DNA of 64,000 bases, taken from the NCBI GenBank assembly GCA_964187785.1, contig OZ076412.1:42656001-42720000 (forward strand), read 5' to 3'. This document shows, piece after piece, positions 48,001-60,000 of the stretch (its first letter is position 1; every line of letters starts with the position of its first letter). The stretch is from Amphiscolops sp. MND2022 (Eukaryota). The position numbers and the translations under genes were made by a program. The notes beneath the pieces are model-generated. The model was not told the DNA's origin, made no database searches, and saw only the letters and a program-made list of their open reading frames with translations.

Positions 48001-51000
48001 AAAAATTCAATTTCGATGAAGGAAAGCAAGTAATCTCAAAAGTGTAACATTTTCTGGGGAAACCAAAATTCCATTCAAAGCACAAAACGTAGAACGTGGG
48101 CGGTAATTTTGTTTATTGTTCTGTAGCATCTAGAAACCTGAGCTGACGTGACTCAAAAATGATTAAGCAAGATACTTTTACCTTGGAAGACAGACTTGTT
48201 TTTTGCTACCATCTGAACTTTGGGTCGCTGCTTGACCTTTTTAGTGGCTTTCAGACCGGAGTGCACAGCAGCGGCTGCTTCAGTTGTCGTTTGAGGCATC
48301 CCGGCTGAAACGAGTCACTTGATATAATGTAGATTTTCGAAAAACAAACTCATGAGCAAGATTCCTTGTTGAAAGCCAAGGAAGTTGTAAGCGAAAAAAA
48401 AAACAAATTTTTAGTGTCTAAATTTCACTTTTTTCGAAAAGTGTAATGGGAAAATGGTTTGCAAACGACATTAATTAAAAAACGATTATTTAGTGTTCAG
48501 CTTTTATATGTGCCATTATCGCCCTATTTTCTCATTTTATCGAAAAAGACAAAGAAAGAACTAACGTAAAGAGCCGAACATGTCAACTGTTTTGTTTCCT
48601 ACAGCTGGGCCAGCAGTGCTCGGCTCTTTCTCCTCCTTCGGCTGACTCACAGCTCGGTCCTTCTCGGCTTTGCTTCGCTTCTGCAGAATCGCTTCTTTCG
48701 CAGCTTCTTCCTTCGCTTTTCTTTCAGCCTCCGCTTTCTCTTCCGCTTCCTCTGCGAGTCGTTTTTCTTCTGCCTTTTTTGCTTCTTTAGCTAACCTGAT
48801 CAGAATCGAATGATTACAAACCCAAATTTTGTTTTTATTATTTTCCGCCCATATTTTCGTCCTTGGGAAAAGAAAAATGTTTCAATCAGCCGCGTTTCTT
48901 TCCCAAAAATTGCCATGTTCAAAATTTATACCCAAACTGAAGTGCTTCATCAATGGAACTCAAATAACATAAAATTAATTTTATGCGACATATTTTCGTA
49001 GAGATTTTCGGGCTTTTATTATTGACCCCAAAGACGTCAGAATGACGCAAATGATCCCAAAATAGACAAAAATTTTCAGCAATTTTCAGCAATTTTTGTC
49101 AAATCTTTGATAGATTTTGTCCATTGGGTTGAAACCGTTCAACAAGGAAAGAATTTGTTGCCCAGTTGGCTTTTCAGAAGAGATAAATGCAGTTTTTCTA
49201 TAGAAAAATGCCTCAAATTTACAACGAAAATGATAAAAAGTCCAATATTTACTGTTTTTATGCAATTTTCAGATCAAATTTGGATTAGATGGATAAGGAA
49301 AGAATTCGTTGTTCAATGGGCTTTTTCAGGGTGATAAATAGTTTCGTTTTAGAAAAATGCCACAAAATGTGATCCCAAAATAGTCAAAAATTTCAAAAGT
49401 TTTCGACTTTTTCTAACGCAATTTTTGTGAAATCTTGAGAAATTTCGTAGACTAGAACTTCGAAACCCTTCAACAACAATTAAACTTGCTGTCCAGTAGG
49501 CATTTTGGAAAAAAAATAAATGCAAGTTTTCATTAGAAATATGCTTCAATTTCACACCAAACAATCGAAAAATCCAATTTCTTCACGAGTATGTCGTTTT
49601 TCAACCAAATTTTGTACAATTTTTCAAAAGTTTTTGTGGCTAAGAAGATGAAAAGTCTTCAAAGATATATATGGAGTTTCTTTCTGAAAAGTGCCTCAAA
49701 ATGACCCCAAAGAAGTCTGAAGCATCGCATTGTTTGGTGTTTCAGTAGCTTTTTATCCAAAAATATTAAAATAGGGTGTGCTGGATACTGGTATCCACAC
49801 AGTTCAACTACAAAACAACAAGGTATTTAGTGTGTCGTTTAAGTAAGTGTTTCTTTTTTATTGGGATGACATTAATGAAAAATGCCAAGACTTTTTTTCA
49901 AACTTTTTTTGCACTTTTGCATCTGTTACTCTTGAGTTTCAAAGTTATGTAGTTGCTAGAACAATTTGGACGGAAATGATGCCGCCGCTGGTCAGCGGGG
50001 GTCTTGTTGAGGTTTTGCAGTTTTCCCTGTTTTTAGTCTGCGCCTTTTCCTTTACAGGAAAAAAGCCCGACTATTACAATGACTAGTTTTTTTCTTCAGA
50101 CGACAGAATGTATGCATAGTGGAAACGCATCTGGCCAGCGGAAACGCATCTCAGTGCAAAGGTTCCCCCTTTCGTGTATTCTATTTTTAACGTAAGATAC
50201 AAAACCTTACGGGACTTCAGGGTCCCCTCTTTCAGTTTTGTCGGCACTGTGCAATTTATTTTGATTTTATTTGTCTCCAAAGGGTCCCCCTTCAAATTTT
50301 TTGATAATTTGCAGCAAACTGGTTTCAGAAAGCCCAAAGGTCTCCCATTTTGAATTTTTCGGTACTGAGACTTTTTCAAAATTCTCAATTTTTTCCGGAA
50401 ATTTTTCATAGTCTCCCTTAGATATAGCGCCGACTTTAGGCGTTCCCGTCTTGTTTTCCTCAAACTTTGGAACCGTTTGTACAATGAACCATTTTAATGA
50501 ACTTATTGGTTAATTGAAATAGTGAATTTTAAAACTGTAAAATTGCTTCTTGTAATGATTACAATCACAAATAACTTTAAAAGTCTTACTTCTCCTCTTC
50601 TTGGCGTTTCCTGAAACAAAAAATTCACGTGAGCGACAGACAAAGAAAGTTTTCATTGAAAAAGCATTCGAGAAAACAACAATGGAAGTTGATGACCTAT
50701 AGCACCTGCATCGATTGTGGCCTATCATCAATTGTCAACTTATCGGTGGTTTGCCGAATACTATTACTTGAATTGCTAGTACATAAATGCGAAATTTTTC
50801 AATGTAAAAGTTTTGTTAAACTCATGAGTAGCATCTGTAACATGGTCTCTGAAAATGTTACTTTCAACTACTGATTTAACGAATGAACTCAGTCCTTTTT
50901 TAAAAGTAGGATACCTCACAGCAATGCCTCCTCCGTTTTTTTGTCAATTTAAAAGCAGATTTCGGTATGTCCCCAAAGGTGACCATTCTTTTTTATTTTT

Positions 51001-54000
51001 AGCAGCCAAACTACTGCAAAAAAGGATATTTAACTGCACGTTGGTTCATCTCTTGAGTTTGTGGGGATTAATCTGCGGAGCTCACTTTTCCTCTGCCTTT
51101 CTTTCTTTTTCCAGTCTTTCCTTCTCCAGTTTGAGAGCTTCTTCCTTCTTCTTTTCTTCTGCCACTAGAGTCTTCAGCACCTTCGTCTCGTCCACGGTAG
51201 CCCCGCCCCAATCTTCGTCTGCAACACAATCAATCATCAAAACCCTTTAATGACATCATAATAAGTCGTGAGTGATGAAAAAATGGAAAAAACATACATC
51301 TGAATCAATAGAATTAGTAGTTAAAAAGTGAGAAAATTTGAAACAGTTGTAATCTAATCTGGACACCAGTGTTAATATAACTCAGCTTGAACAACAGATA
51401 GTTTGGGTACCAGAATTAGGTGGCTTCGGGGGTGAGTATTAGAACGAAAATTGTTAGAACTGTTATCCAAACCATGTGCAATATGAAGAGCATAGCAAGT
51501 AATGTCTTTCACTGAGTGAAAAAAAATCACAAGATGTCTCGAACAACAATTGCTTCTTCAGACAGATTTAAGGGCTACATGTCGGAACTGATGAACATTC
51601 GTTTCATTCAAGCATCCACTTCATTTTTTTTCAAGGAATTCCTTTGAGCGATGCATGTATGAGGGATAAATACCGTACAAGTTACCTGTTCTAACGAATG
51701 CATCTTACATGCAACATGTATGCAACATGCATGCAACATGTTTGCAACATGTATTTTAATGCTATCTTAAGTTCTTTCATTTACACACTTGATAGTAACT
51801 ACCATCAACTGCTCAAGGTTTATTGTTTGAGGAAGAGCCATTGTTTTTTGAGAAACAAGGAAAAGTCAAACAAGAGACCCGACACTTCTCTGTCAACGTA
51901 CCGTAAAATTGATCATGACAGACAGGTGCAAGATACAGTTAAAATAAAATACTACAAATAGAGAGCAGTGACTAGTAGAGGAAGTTTTTACTAATTCGGG
52001 CAGAAATGAAGAAAAGAATTAGCAATTTAAAGTAATAAGGTTAATTTTTATTGATAGAATTAATGGAAAAGGCATTTATTTCAAAACAAATCAAAGTTAC
52101 GATAGGCACACAGGTGAGTTCACGAGTTTTTGGTTATCTGTTCAAACCTTCACTCTGAACAGAAGAAGCAGTTTCCTGTACTGATGAAGCAGATGTGATA
52201 GCAGACGGTGGCTTCTTGGTCTGGGGTCCTTTCTTCTGCTGACTCTTCTTAGACGACGACGAAAGCGACTTGGACTTCTTTTCAACTGATTCTGCCTTCT
52301 TTTCTCCTTTTTTCGCTTCTTCGTCCGGTTTTTTCTGTTGTTGTTCCAAAAATGAGGTCTCGGTTGTTTGTGACGCGACTCCCGAAGCAGCATCATCTTT
52401 TTCGCTAGCTGCCTTGACTTCTTTAGGTTCTTCTGGAACTTCTCCTGGTTTTGCTAAAGAATATCTCGCTAAAGACTTGGTAATGCGGTATTATAAAATT
52501 CTACTGTATTTTTTTAACAGTTTGCTGCAGAAACTATCATCTTAAACCAATTCATAACCGCTACAATTTCAACTTTTTTGAATTTCCAAATACGCTCGAC
52601 CATGTAAATTCAGTATCCTCAAAATGCATGTAGAAACAAGTGTTTAAAAATTTACCGTAGTTCGATTGAGGACGAACAGGAATTGACTAACCGTTAAAAA
52701 TTATACCTGAAACTAAACATAGATGAAACGTCAACAACATAAGTCTCACTAGATATCCCAATCTAAAAATTTTTTGTTCAATTTCTGTCAAGATTTCCCA
52801 GAAAGTGAAAGTTTCCCACACTTTCAAGAACGAAATAAAAACAAAAAGAGTGCAATTTAACATTAGGAACCAATAATGGTTTCTAGTTAGCTTGTTTCTT
52901 TTTTTTCTGTAGCATATTTCTGCAGTTTGTGTCAGACGGTTTTCTTCATCACTGATTATTCTGACTTCAGTAGACTCATGGGCTCTTGGAAATTTAGATA
53001 GAGGAAAATGCGATTGGTTTTGGAATTCACAGCTTTTGCACATTTAATTGGAGAGTTTGAAGTAAATATCATCAACTTCTTTTTTTACCCGGATCCAAAT
53101 TCATAAGTCTTCCATGCGATTCCATGCATGGAACCATATGGTTCCATACGATAATTTCATGCCGTTTCCATGTATGGAATCGCATGGAATCATATGGTTC
53201 CATGGATGGAATCGTATGGAATCATATGGTTCCATGCATGGAATCGTATGGAAACATGTGGCTCCATGCATGGAATCGCATGGAATTATATAATTGTAGG
53301 CATGAAATCGGATTGAATTATATGGTTGAATCACTATAGTCACGAAGACGAGTTCATAAGCTTATTCCCACAAGCTTTGCTTAGTTGAACGTTTTAGTTT
53401 TAATACAGCTCAATGTCAAGTTCAAGCGTCCGCTTAGGTATATCTGGAATCTAATTTCATGAATCTTTTTCTCATGACCATTTGTCCTGGTTCAAGTAGT
53501 GATTCGTTGTTTTCAAATTTCAGTAAAAGAGTTTTAATGACTTGTTTCGTTTTTTTTTCACTTTTTTCTCATCTGCGTAATCGTCTTCATCTTCCAATGG
53601 ATTCACTTTTGTCGTCGAAAAAATTGCCCCAATGCATAACACAATGTCTTTTATGTTTCAGTATTCGTACTTGAGCTATCGTGTTTCTCCAATCGCAAAG
53701 ATTTCCTTTTTTCTCATCATTTTGTCTTCAATCTCTTGAAAACTGGATGTTTCATCACGTAACAAACTGATGGATTTAATCCCGTCAAATGACACAAGTG
53801 GTCATGCCATGGAAACAACTTATCACCCAGCGAGGCATCCATTCTGTTTTGTCTTACAACGCAACGAATTTTTTAATCTTTTGAAGTTGCTGCAAACTGT
53901 ATTGGATTGGAGTCAGCAGTTTTTGTTGAAAGTTTATTCATTCTATTCCAACCACAACGGGGTTTTGGGAACGCATCGTAAACAGTTTTCAACCCTTCTC

Positions 54001-57000
54001 CTAAGCGTTTTTGGGAACCGCCATTCAAGCGACAATATACCAAAAACCAAGTTGATAAAACCCCTAACTTCTCTCCACTTGTACCTGTTAGCTCCGACGC
54101 AGCCGGTTGGGAAACAGGCTTTAACAATATCTTCGCATAAAAAAGTTGAAGTTGATCGCCGTAAGCGCTAGGCCCCTGTGCGAGCCTGCTCTGTTACAAT
54201 CTGTGAGCGGTGTATAAAAGAATACGTTTCTTTACGTTGTGTGGTTCGAAGTCGTCGTCACAACCCTTTGCGATCTTCTGACTGAATTTTCGCTATATTG
54301 AACTATGTATACTTTTATTTGTAAACAACTTTGTTCTTCGTTTTTTTTCCGCAGTTTCTACATTTGTATCATTGTGAAATCATTCAATGGACGTTGTTTC
54401 GAACAAAGACAGTATTGGTTTTTCTTGCCTTTTGAAACAAACTTATGATTTAAAAATTTCAAGATCTTTACTAGTCAGGTTATTTCTGTTGAAACATGTG
54501 ATATGGGGAAGTTGCAAGGAGAGAGTTAAACTAAATCCATTAGTGGGGGCCTAACCAAAACCTTGCCTTAAAAGATCCATCAAAGGTTTGGATATGCAAT
54601 CAGCTAGAAGTAGATAATTGTGTGGTTTTCACCAATAATACTCCTTGAGACCCTAAATATAAAACTGGTAAATCATTTTGAGTTCGATGCTATTACATTT
54701 TAGTTACAAAGTCTAATTCAAAGTTCTAGAACCTATCTTATTGCGATAATACAACATGGCACAGTCAGCAACTTTTTAACACAAAGACACAACAATTTTT
54801 TTCCAACCCAAGCAATGGCAGAAAAAAATAGTAGAAAAAACCAAGCGTAGAAGCAAAGGCAGCGGACGGAAATCCGGTATTTACACCGAAACAATGACTG
54901 GAAAGGTTTCGGCAGTTTTGCAAAAGAGAACACAAGATTGACATTACATCGTTGCTGAAGGGAGAAGGAGTTACGCAGAACGAATGGACCGGAAAAAAGC
55001 AAGCTATACAATACAAATTTATACGGAGAGTGGAACCCGATGCACTCTACCAAATAACCAGAGCCGAATATAAAACGGAACCCGATAGCAAAAAAGTATA
55101 AAAGACTTAATACGCGTATTTACCGAGTACTACTTACCGAAACAGAACACTTACCACAACCGAGGACAATTCTTTTGGGCTAAAGAAGCAGAAGATGAAA
55201 CATGGAAGAATTTTGAAGACGATCAATCAAAATCGGAAAAAAAGCAAGTTCAACACAATCTCAGCCGAAGAAATACTGATATCAAACTATGTGACGACAA
55301 TCACTACAGTCAAGAAACTACGGGACAAAATAAAGAAAGAAAAACCCTCGAATTGAAGAAAACCATCGAAATAATTAAACAAAACTCATACGAAAAGGAA
55401 AAAAAACACAATACCGGAAGCGTTAATTATGACGAAAGAACAACAAACAATTAAAGAAGAAGCAAAACAAAGAATGGAGAAATTCGGAGCGAGAAAGAAT
55501 AATCTTCAGATAGTCCGGAAATAACGAAAATACCGAAAACCGACCATGTAGATTCTGCAAGGCAGCAATCTGAAGCCCCATACACAAATGTCCCGCACAA
55601 GAGCCAAACTGTAACAAACGCGTTGAGAAAGGCCAATATGAGAGAGCATGCAGCCAGAGAATGAACAATACCCTAACAGTAAGAAAGCTAAACGAGGATG
55701 AAGCAACAAATGAACGAAGCTAATTCATGAGTGAGTCGCATGAGAGTAATAACCATTTGGAAGAGATAAAGACAATCGAAGACAGACCAAAAAGTACACA
55801 GCAGTGGTACGAATAAAGGGAATAAAGAAAAAATTTGTAATAGACACGGGATCACCACTAACGATAATTCCACCACACGAGCGAATAATGGCGAAAATTG
55901 AAATTTAGAAAATACCAAACCGACATCAGGATGTGAACAAGAATGAAGTAAAGTTTGGGGCGAAATACCAACAGACATGAAAAATGAAAACAGCAAACAA
56001 TAGGTGGAAATATTGATAATCGAACGAAAGATATTAACACCATTACTCGGAATGGACTGGATGAGAAACTTCAAGCTGACAATTTGAAGAGTACAATTGG
56101 TTGAAAACTATCAACCAGAAAACGAGAAAGTATTCAGAAAGTTTCTGGACTTGTTTGAGAACAACCGAACTATAAATGATGCAGAAATAAAAAAATAACT
56201 TGAACCAGGACATTATCCGGTAAAGCAGTCAGCCAGACCAACACCACTACACCTACAAAAAGATGTGCCGAGGGAATTAGAAAACCTGAATACAGCCGGA
56301 CATTTGAAGAAAATCAATAACGTGGATGAAGACTGTTTCACATCACCCGTCGTGATTATGGTAAAGAATCTGTGAAAATTGCACTAGATTCACGGAAATT
56401 GAATGATAGGAAAGACAGCTGTATAAAAAGAAGACCGTACATGCCAAACATGTAGGAACTACTAAATCAGAAATCTGTGGAAATTACAAGAGACCGAACA
56501 GTACAGCTATTCGTTTCAAAAATTGATTTAGATAACGCATACGGGCAAATGAAGTTGTCCGAAGAAACGAGCCGACAATGCGTATTTGCAACCACAGACA
56601 CCGGAGCAAAATTCAGTGGATATCACAGATTCATAAAAAGGTTCGAGGGACCTGACAATATGCCGACAATATTTCAAGAAAAAATTGACCAAACATTGGA
56701 ATACATCACATCGGCTTGGTTAGATGACATAATAGTACTGACACACGGAAATAACAAGACCACGAACAAAAAGTATTCGATGTACTGTCGAAACTCAAAA
56801 AAGTTGGATACTGAACAAGTAAAAGGAAATCAGAAATTTTCCTGAAAAACCCACAGTGGCTGGGCTACGAAATCGATAAAACGGAAAAATTGAAGCGATT
56901 TTGAAATTGAAACACTGATTAATCCAAAAGAATAAAAATACGTTCTCGGTACAACCCAACATTTAGCAATATTTTTACCAAAATTATCGGAAAAGACAGA

Positions 57001-60000
57001 CAGACTTAGAGAGTTACTGGAAAACAACGAACCATGGAAATGAAGAGATGATCACGAACTTTAACTGAATCAAACAAATGGTAGACGAAAAAATTTGGCA
57101 CACTATGCAAAAGACGAAGAAAAAGACAACGCGAAAATTACACCGATCACATTCGGTAGCAGATACTAAAACGATACCGAGAACTACTTGATCGACGAAT
57201 TGGACTTTTTGACGGGAGTTTTTGACGGCTAATTTTTGAAAACAGCATTTAAATCTACGGAAAGAAGGTACATTTATTTACAGATCACCAAGCATTAGAA
57301 CTTCTAAAAAACGGAACCGGAGTAACCATCAATATAGCGCAAGACCAACAAGATGGTTCGATCATTTAGCCCATTTTGTGCCGTTCAACGTGTGTCCGGC
57401 AGTAACTTGAAGTTTACCAATTTCTAGAGCAGAAAGCCGGTCGGGGGAGCGATATCAGAATACAAATCAACGAAGAATACGTTATTAACATTTTAACCGA
57501 ACACGCGGAATTGAACGAAAAATACGGTTACCTATTTTTTAGTCAATCACAACGCGACAAACACAAAACCGAAGACAGAAAGAATACATCCGAGAAAAGA
57601 ATGGAAACGAACGTAAAGGAAACACGAAAGAGCGAAACAACGATATCCGGGCAGTCTGATATAAGCACCGTGAAGTCAAGTTCGATTACAGAAGAAAACT
57701 TAAGTTCAAAAATGAATCAATAAAACGTTGATCACTGGGGTGAAGTCAAGTTCGATTACAGAAGAAAACTCAAGTTCAAAAAATGAATCAATAAAACGTT
57801 GATCACTGGGGTTCCACCAGAAAAGTTATGGATAGTATCCGCTGGACATATGAGAGGCTCGAAACAATTCCGGTTGATACCGAAGAAGACAATTTCATCG
57901 TGGGAGAACGTAATTTACCAATAGTGGATTTGAGCAAGTACCACACACAAAAGAAAGAAGATCATAGCATATAAATCAACCATATTGTGAATCAACTGAC
58001 GACGAATAAGAAGATTACGGAGAACTGGATCCTAAAGCAAAATTAGACTTCATGTTTGATTTGAGAACTGATATCGAAGACAGCACCTGGCCCGGAGATG
58101 ACGAAATTCCCGTCAGGCATGAGAAGAGAAGACCTAGATACGGCTCCAGACGGATACAAACCGGTCTTTGAAAACCTATCAATCCGGTGGGGCCTAATCG
58201 TTGGAAACGACCAAATCGCAATTAAATTTGATCTACCAAAACGATGGTTGGATGTACTACTTTCCGATCACTCCGGAGTTACAGAAGTGATTGCCGAAAC
58301 ACAATTTTTTGGTGCCCGGAACTTCGGAAAGGTATCGAGCAAAACGTTAAAGATTGTACAAGATGCCTTGCAACAGATAAGAACCTGAAATACCAAATTT
58401 CAGAAATTAAATACGGAAAACCAAAAATATTGACTGAACCGGGAAAAGAATGGCAAATAGATTTCACTGGAAAGTTACACAACAAAAACCTAAAGCGGGA
58501 AGTACAAATTTTGATTGCAAAAAAACCGCTGTAGCAGATAGCCGACAAAAAAGTTGCAAAATTTCCGAAACAAAATACGTTATAAACTTTTTAACAAACA
58601 ATTTCAATTTATACGGAACACCTGAAAAAAGGTCCGACAAGGAGGCTATTATATCGAAAAAACCGAAGTATTGAAAATGAATATTGCCTTCCCCGAATAC
58701 ATACCGGAAAAGGGGCAATTGAACGTGCAATACAAACAATGAAAAACTGAAATTAACCGAAAGTACTAATCGGGTACCCAGAAGAAAGATTTACAGTACA
58801 TACCGGACTAAATAGGACACCATTTGAATTACACCATGGAAAAAAACCGAGAACCGATTTTACAAACATTGTAAAAGAAAGAAAATCATACCTGTCAGAC
58901 TGGTCAGAATTATCTGCTTTAGCACCGAATAGACCAAAAATCCCAATTTTTGTCGGTCGGGGATGCGGACGGCGAAATCTCCAACCATATGATTATAGGA
59001 AGTACTAAAGCCGAAGAGAAACATTTGGCTTGGAAGCCAAATCCCCTAAGAAAGTAGTGGTAAGATATGCATTCAGCTTTGGTGAAAAGAATCATAATCG
59101 AAAATCCTTAGAATGTAGATTCCAAACAAAATTACAAACCGTAAAAAGCTGAACTGAAAATACCGTTAAAAAAGACACGGGGGAGAAGTAATTCACCGAA
59201 AATCTTTTTCGGGTCCATTATTTCAGACCGCCAGAAAGAACCGGAACAAAACGGCACCAACAATCTGCGCTGAGATAACCCCGAAAAACCTCCACTGTCT
59301 TCGTGGCCTCGACGGAAAGTATGGGTAGTGGGACGAGATCCTACAGGACATTCTCAACAGCAAACTGAGAATAGTCCAAAAAAAGAACCGAAACAGATAC
59401 AGAAGGCGAAGACGACGACATTGAGGAAGACGGGAGATATGCCCACATCCAAACAGATCTGGTAAACGACGTCATCCAAATACATACGGATGGCGAAATG
59501 CCGCAAGGTCCAATGTGGAACAGGGCGAAAGGCATATTCCCCGACCGGTGAAGGTCCAGAAGCCCGCAGACTTCATGCCGGGAGACATGGTGGCAACCGG
59601 TGCCTCAAACATGTAGACAACACGAGAGCCTGTGTTTAGAAACAAAAATTATAGATAGAAAACTGTTATATCATTATTGTGAGAATACAACAATTACCAT
59701 TAAATTTTTTGAATGCCGTCAATTAGTTTTCAGTTTACTCGTCGAATTTGTTTTAATTGCTTGCGAGATGGTTTTGAAAGTTAACTAATTAGTCGGGATG
59801 CTTCTAAATGCCTAAATCAGATTGAACGCTTTTGACTGAGCATATTTGCCGTTGCCAATTGCATAAGATCACATCCCGTATGAACAATAACATTTCCCTT
59901 GTCTTACGAAGCAACCTTAAGCACTCTCAGCACGAATTCCCCTTTCTTTATTTTCTTTTTATGAATTGGCTTTCCTTTTACAGACCTATGGCTATAATTG

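Noticed and set aside
50033-50090. Hairpin followed by CTAG read as a canonical Helitron 3' end
   Set aside because: Pairing with the downstream AGCGCCGACT subTIR and GTCTTGTT end shows it is the 5' stem-loop of a HINE-type element.
53124-53339. 71-80 aa ORFs on both strands
   Set aside because: Products of the palindromic satellite.
53400-54170. Stop-interrupted minus-strand reading frame
   Set aside because: Looks like decayed coding DNA, but has no recognisable motif or usable splice phase.
57670-57811. 70-bp tandem duplication
   Set aside because: Local slippage within dead Gypsy-3; no functional implication.
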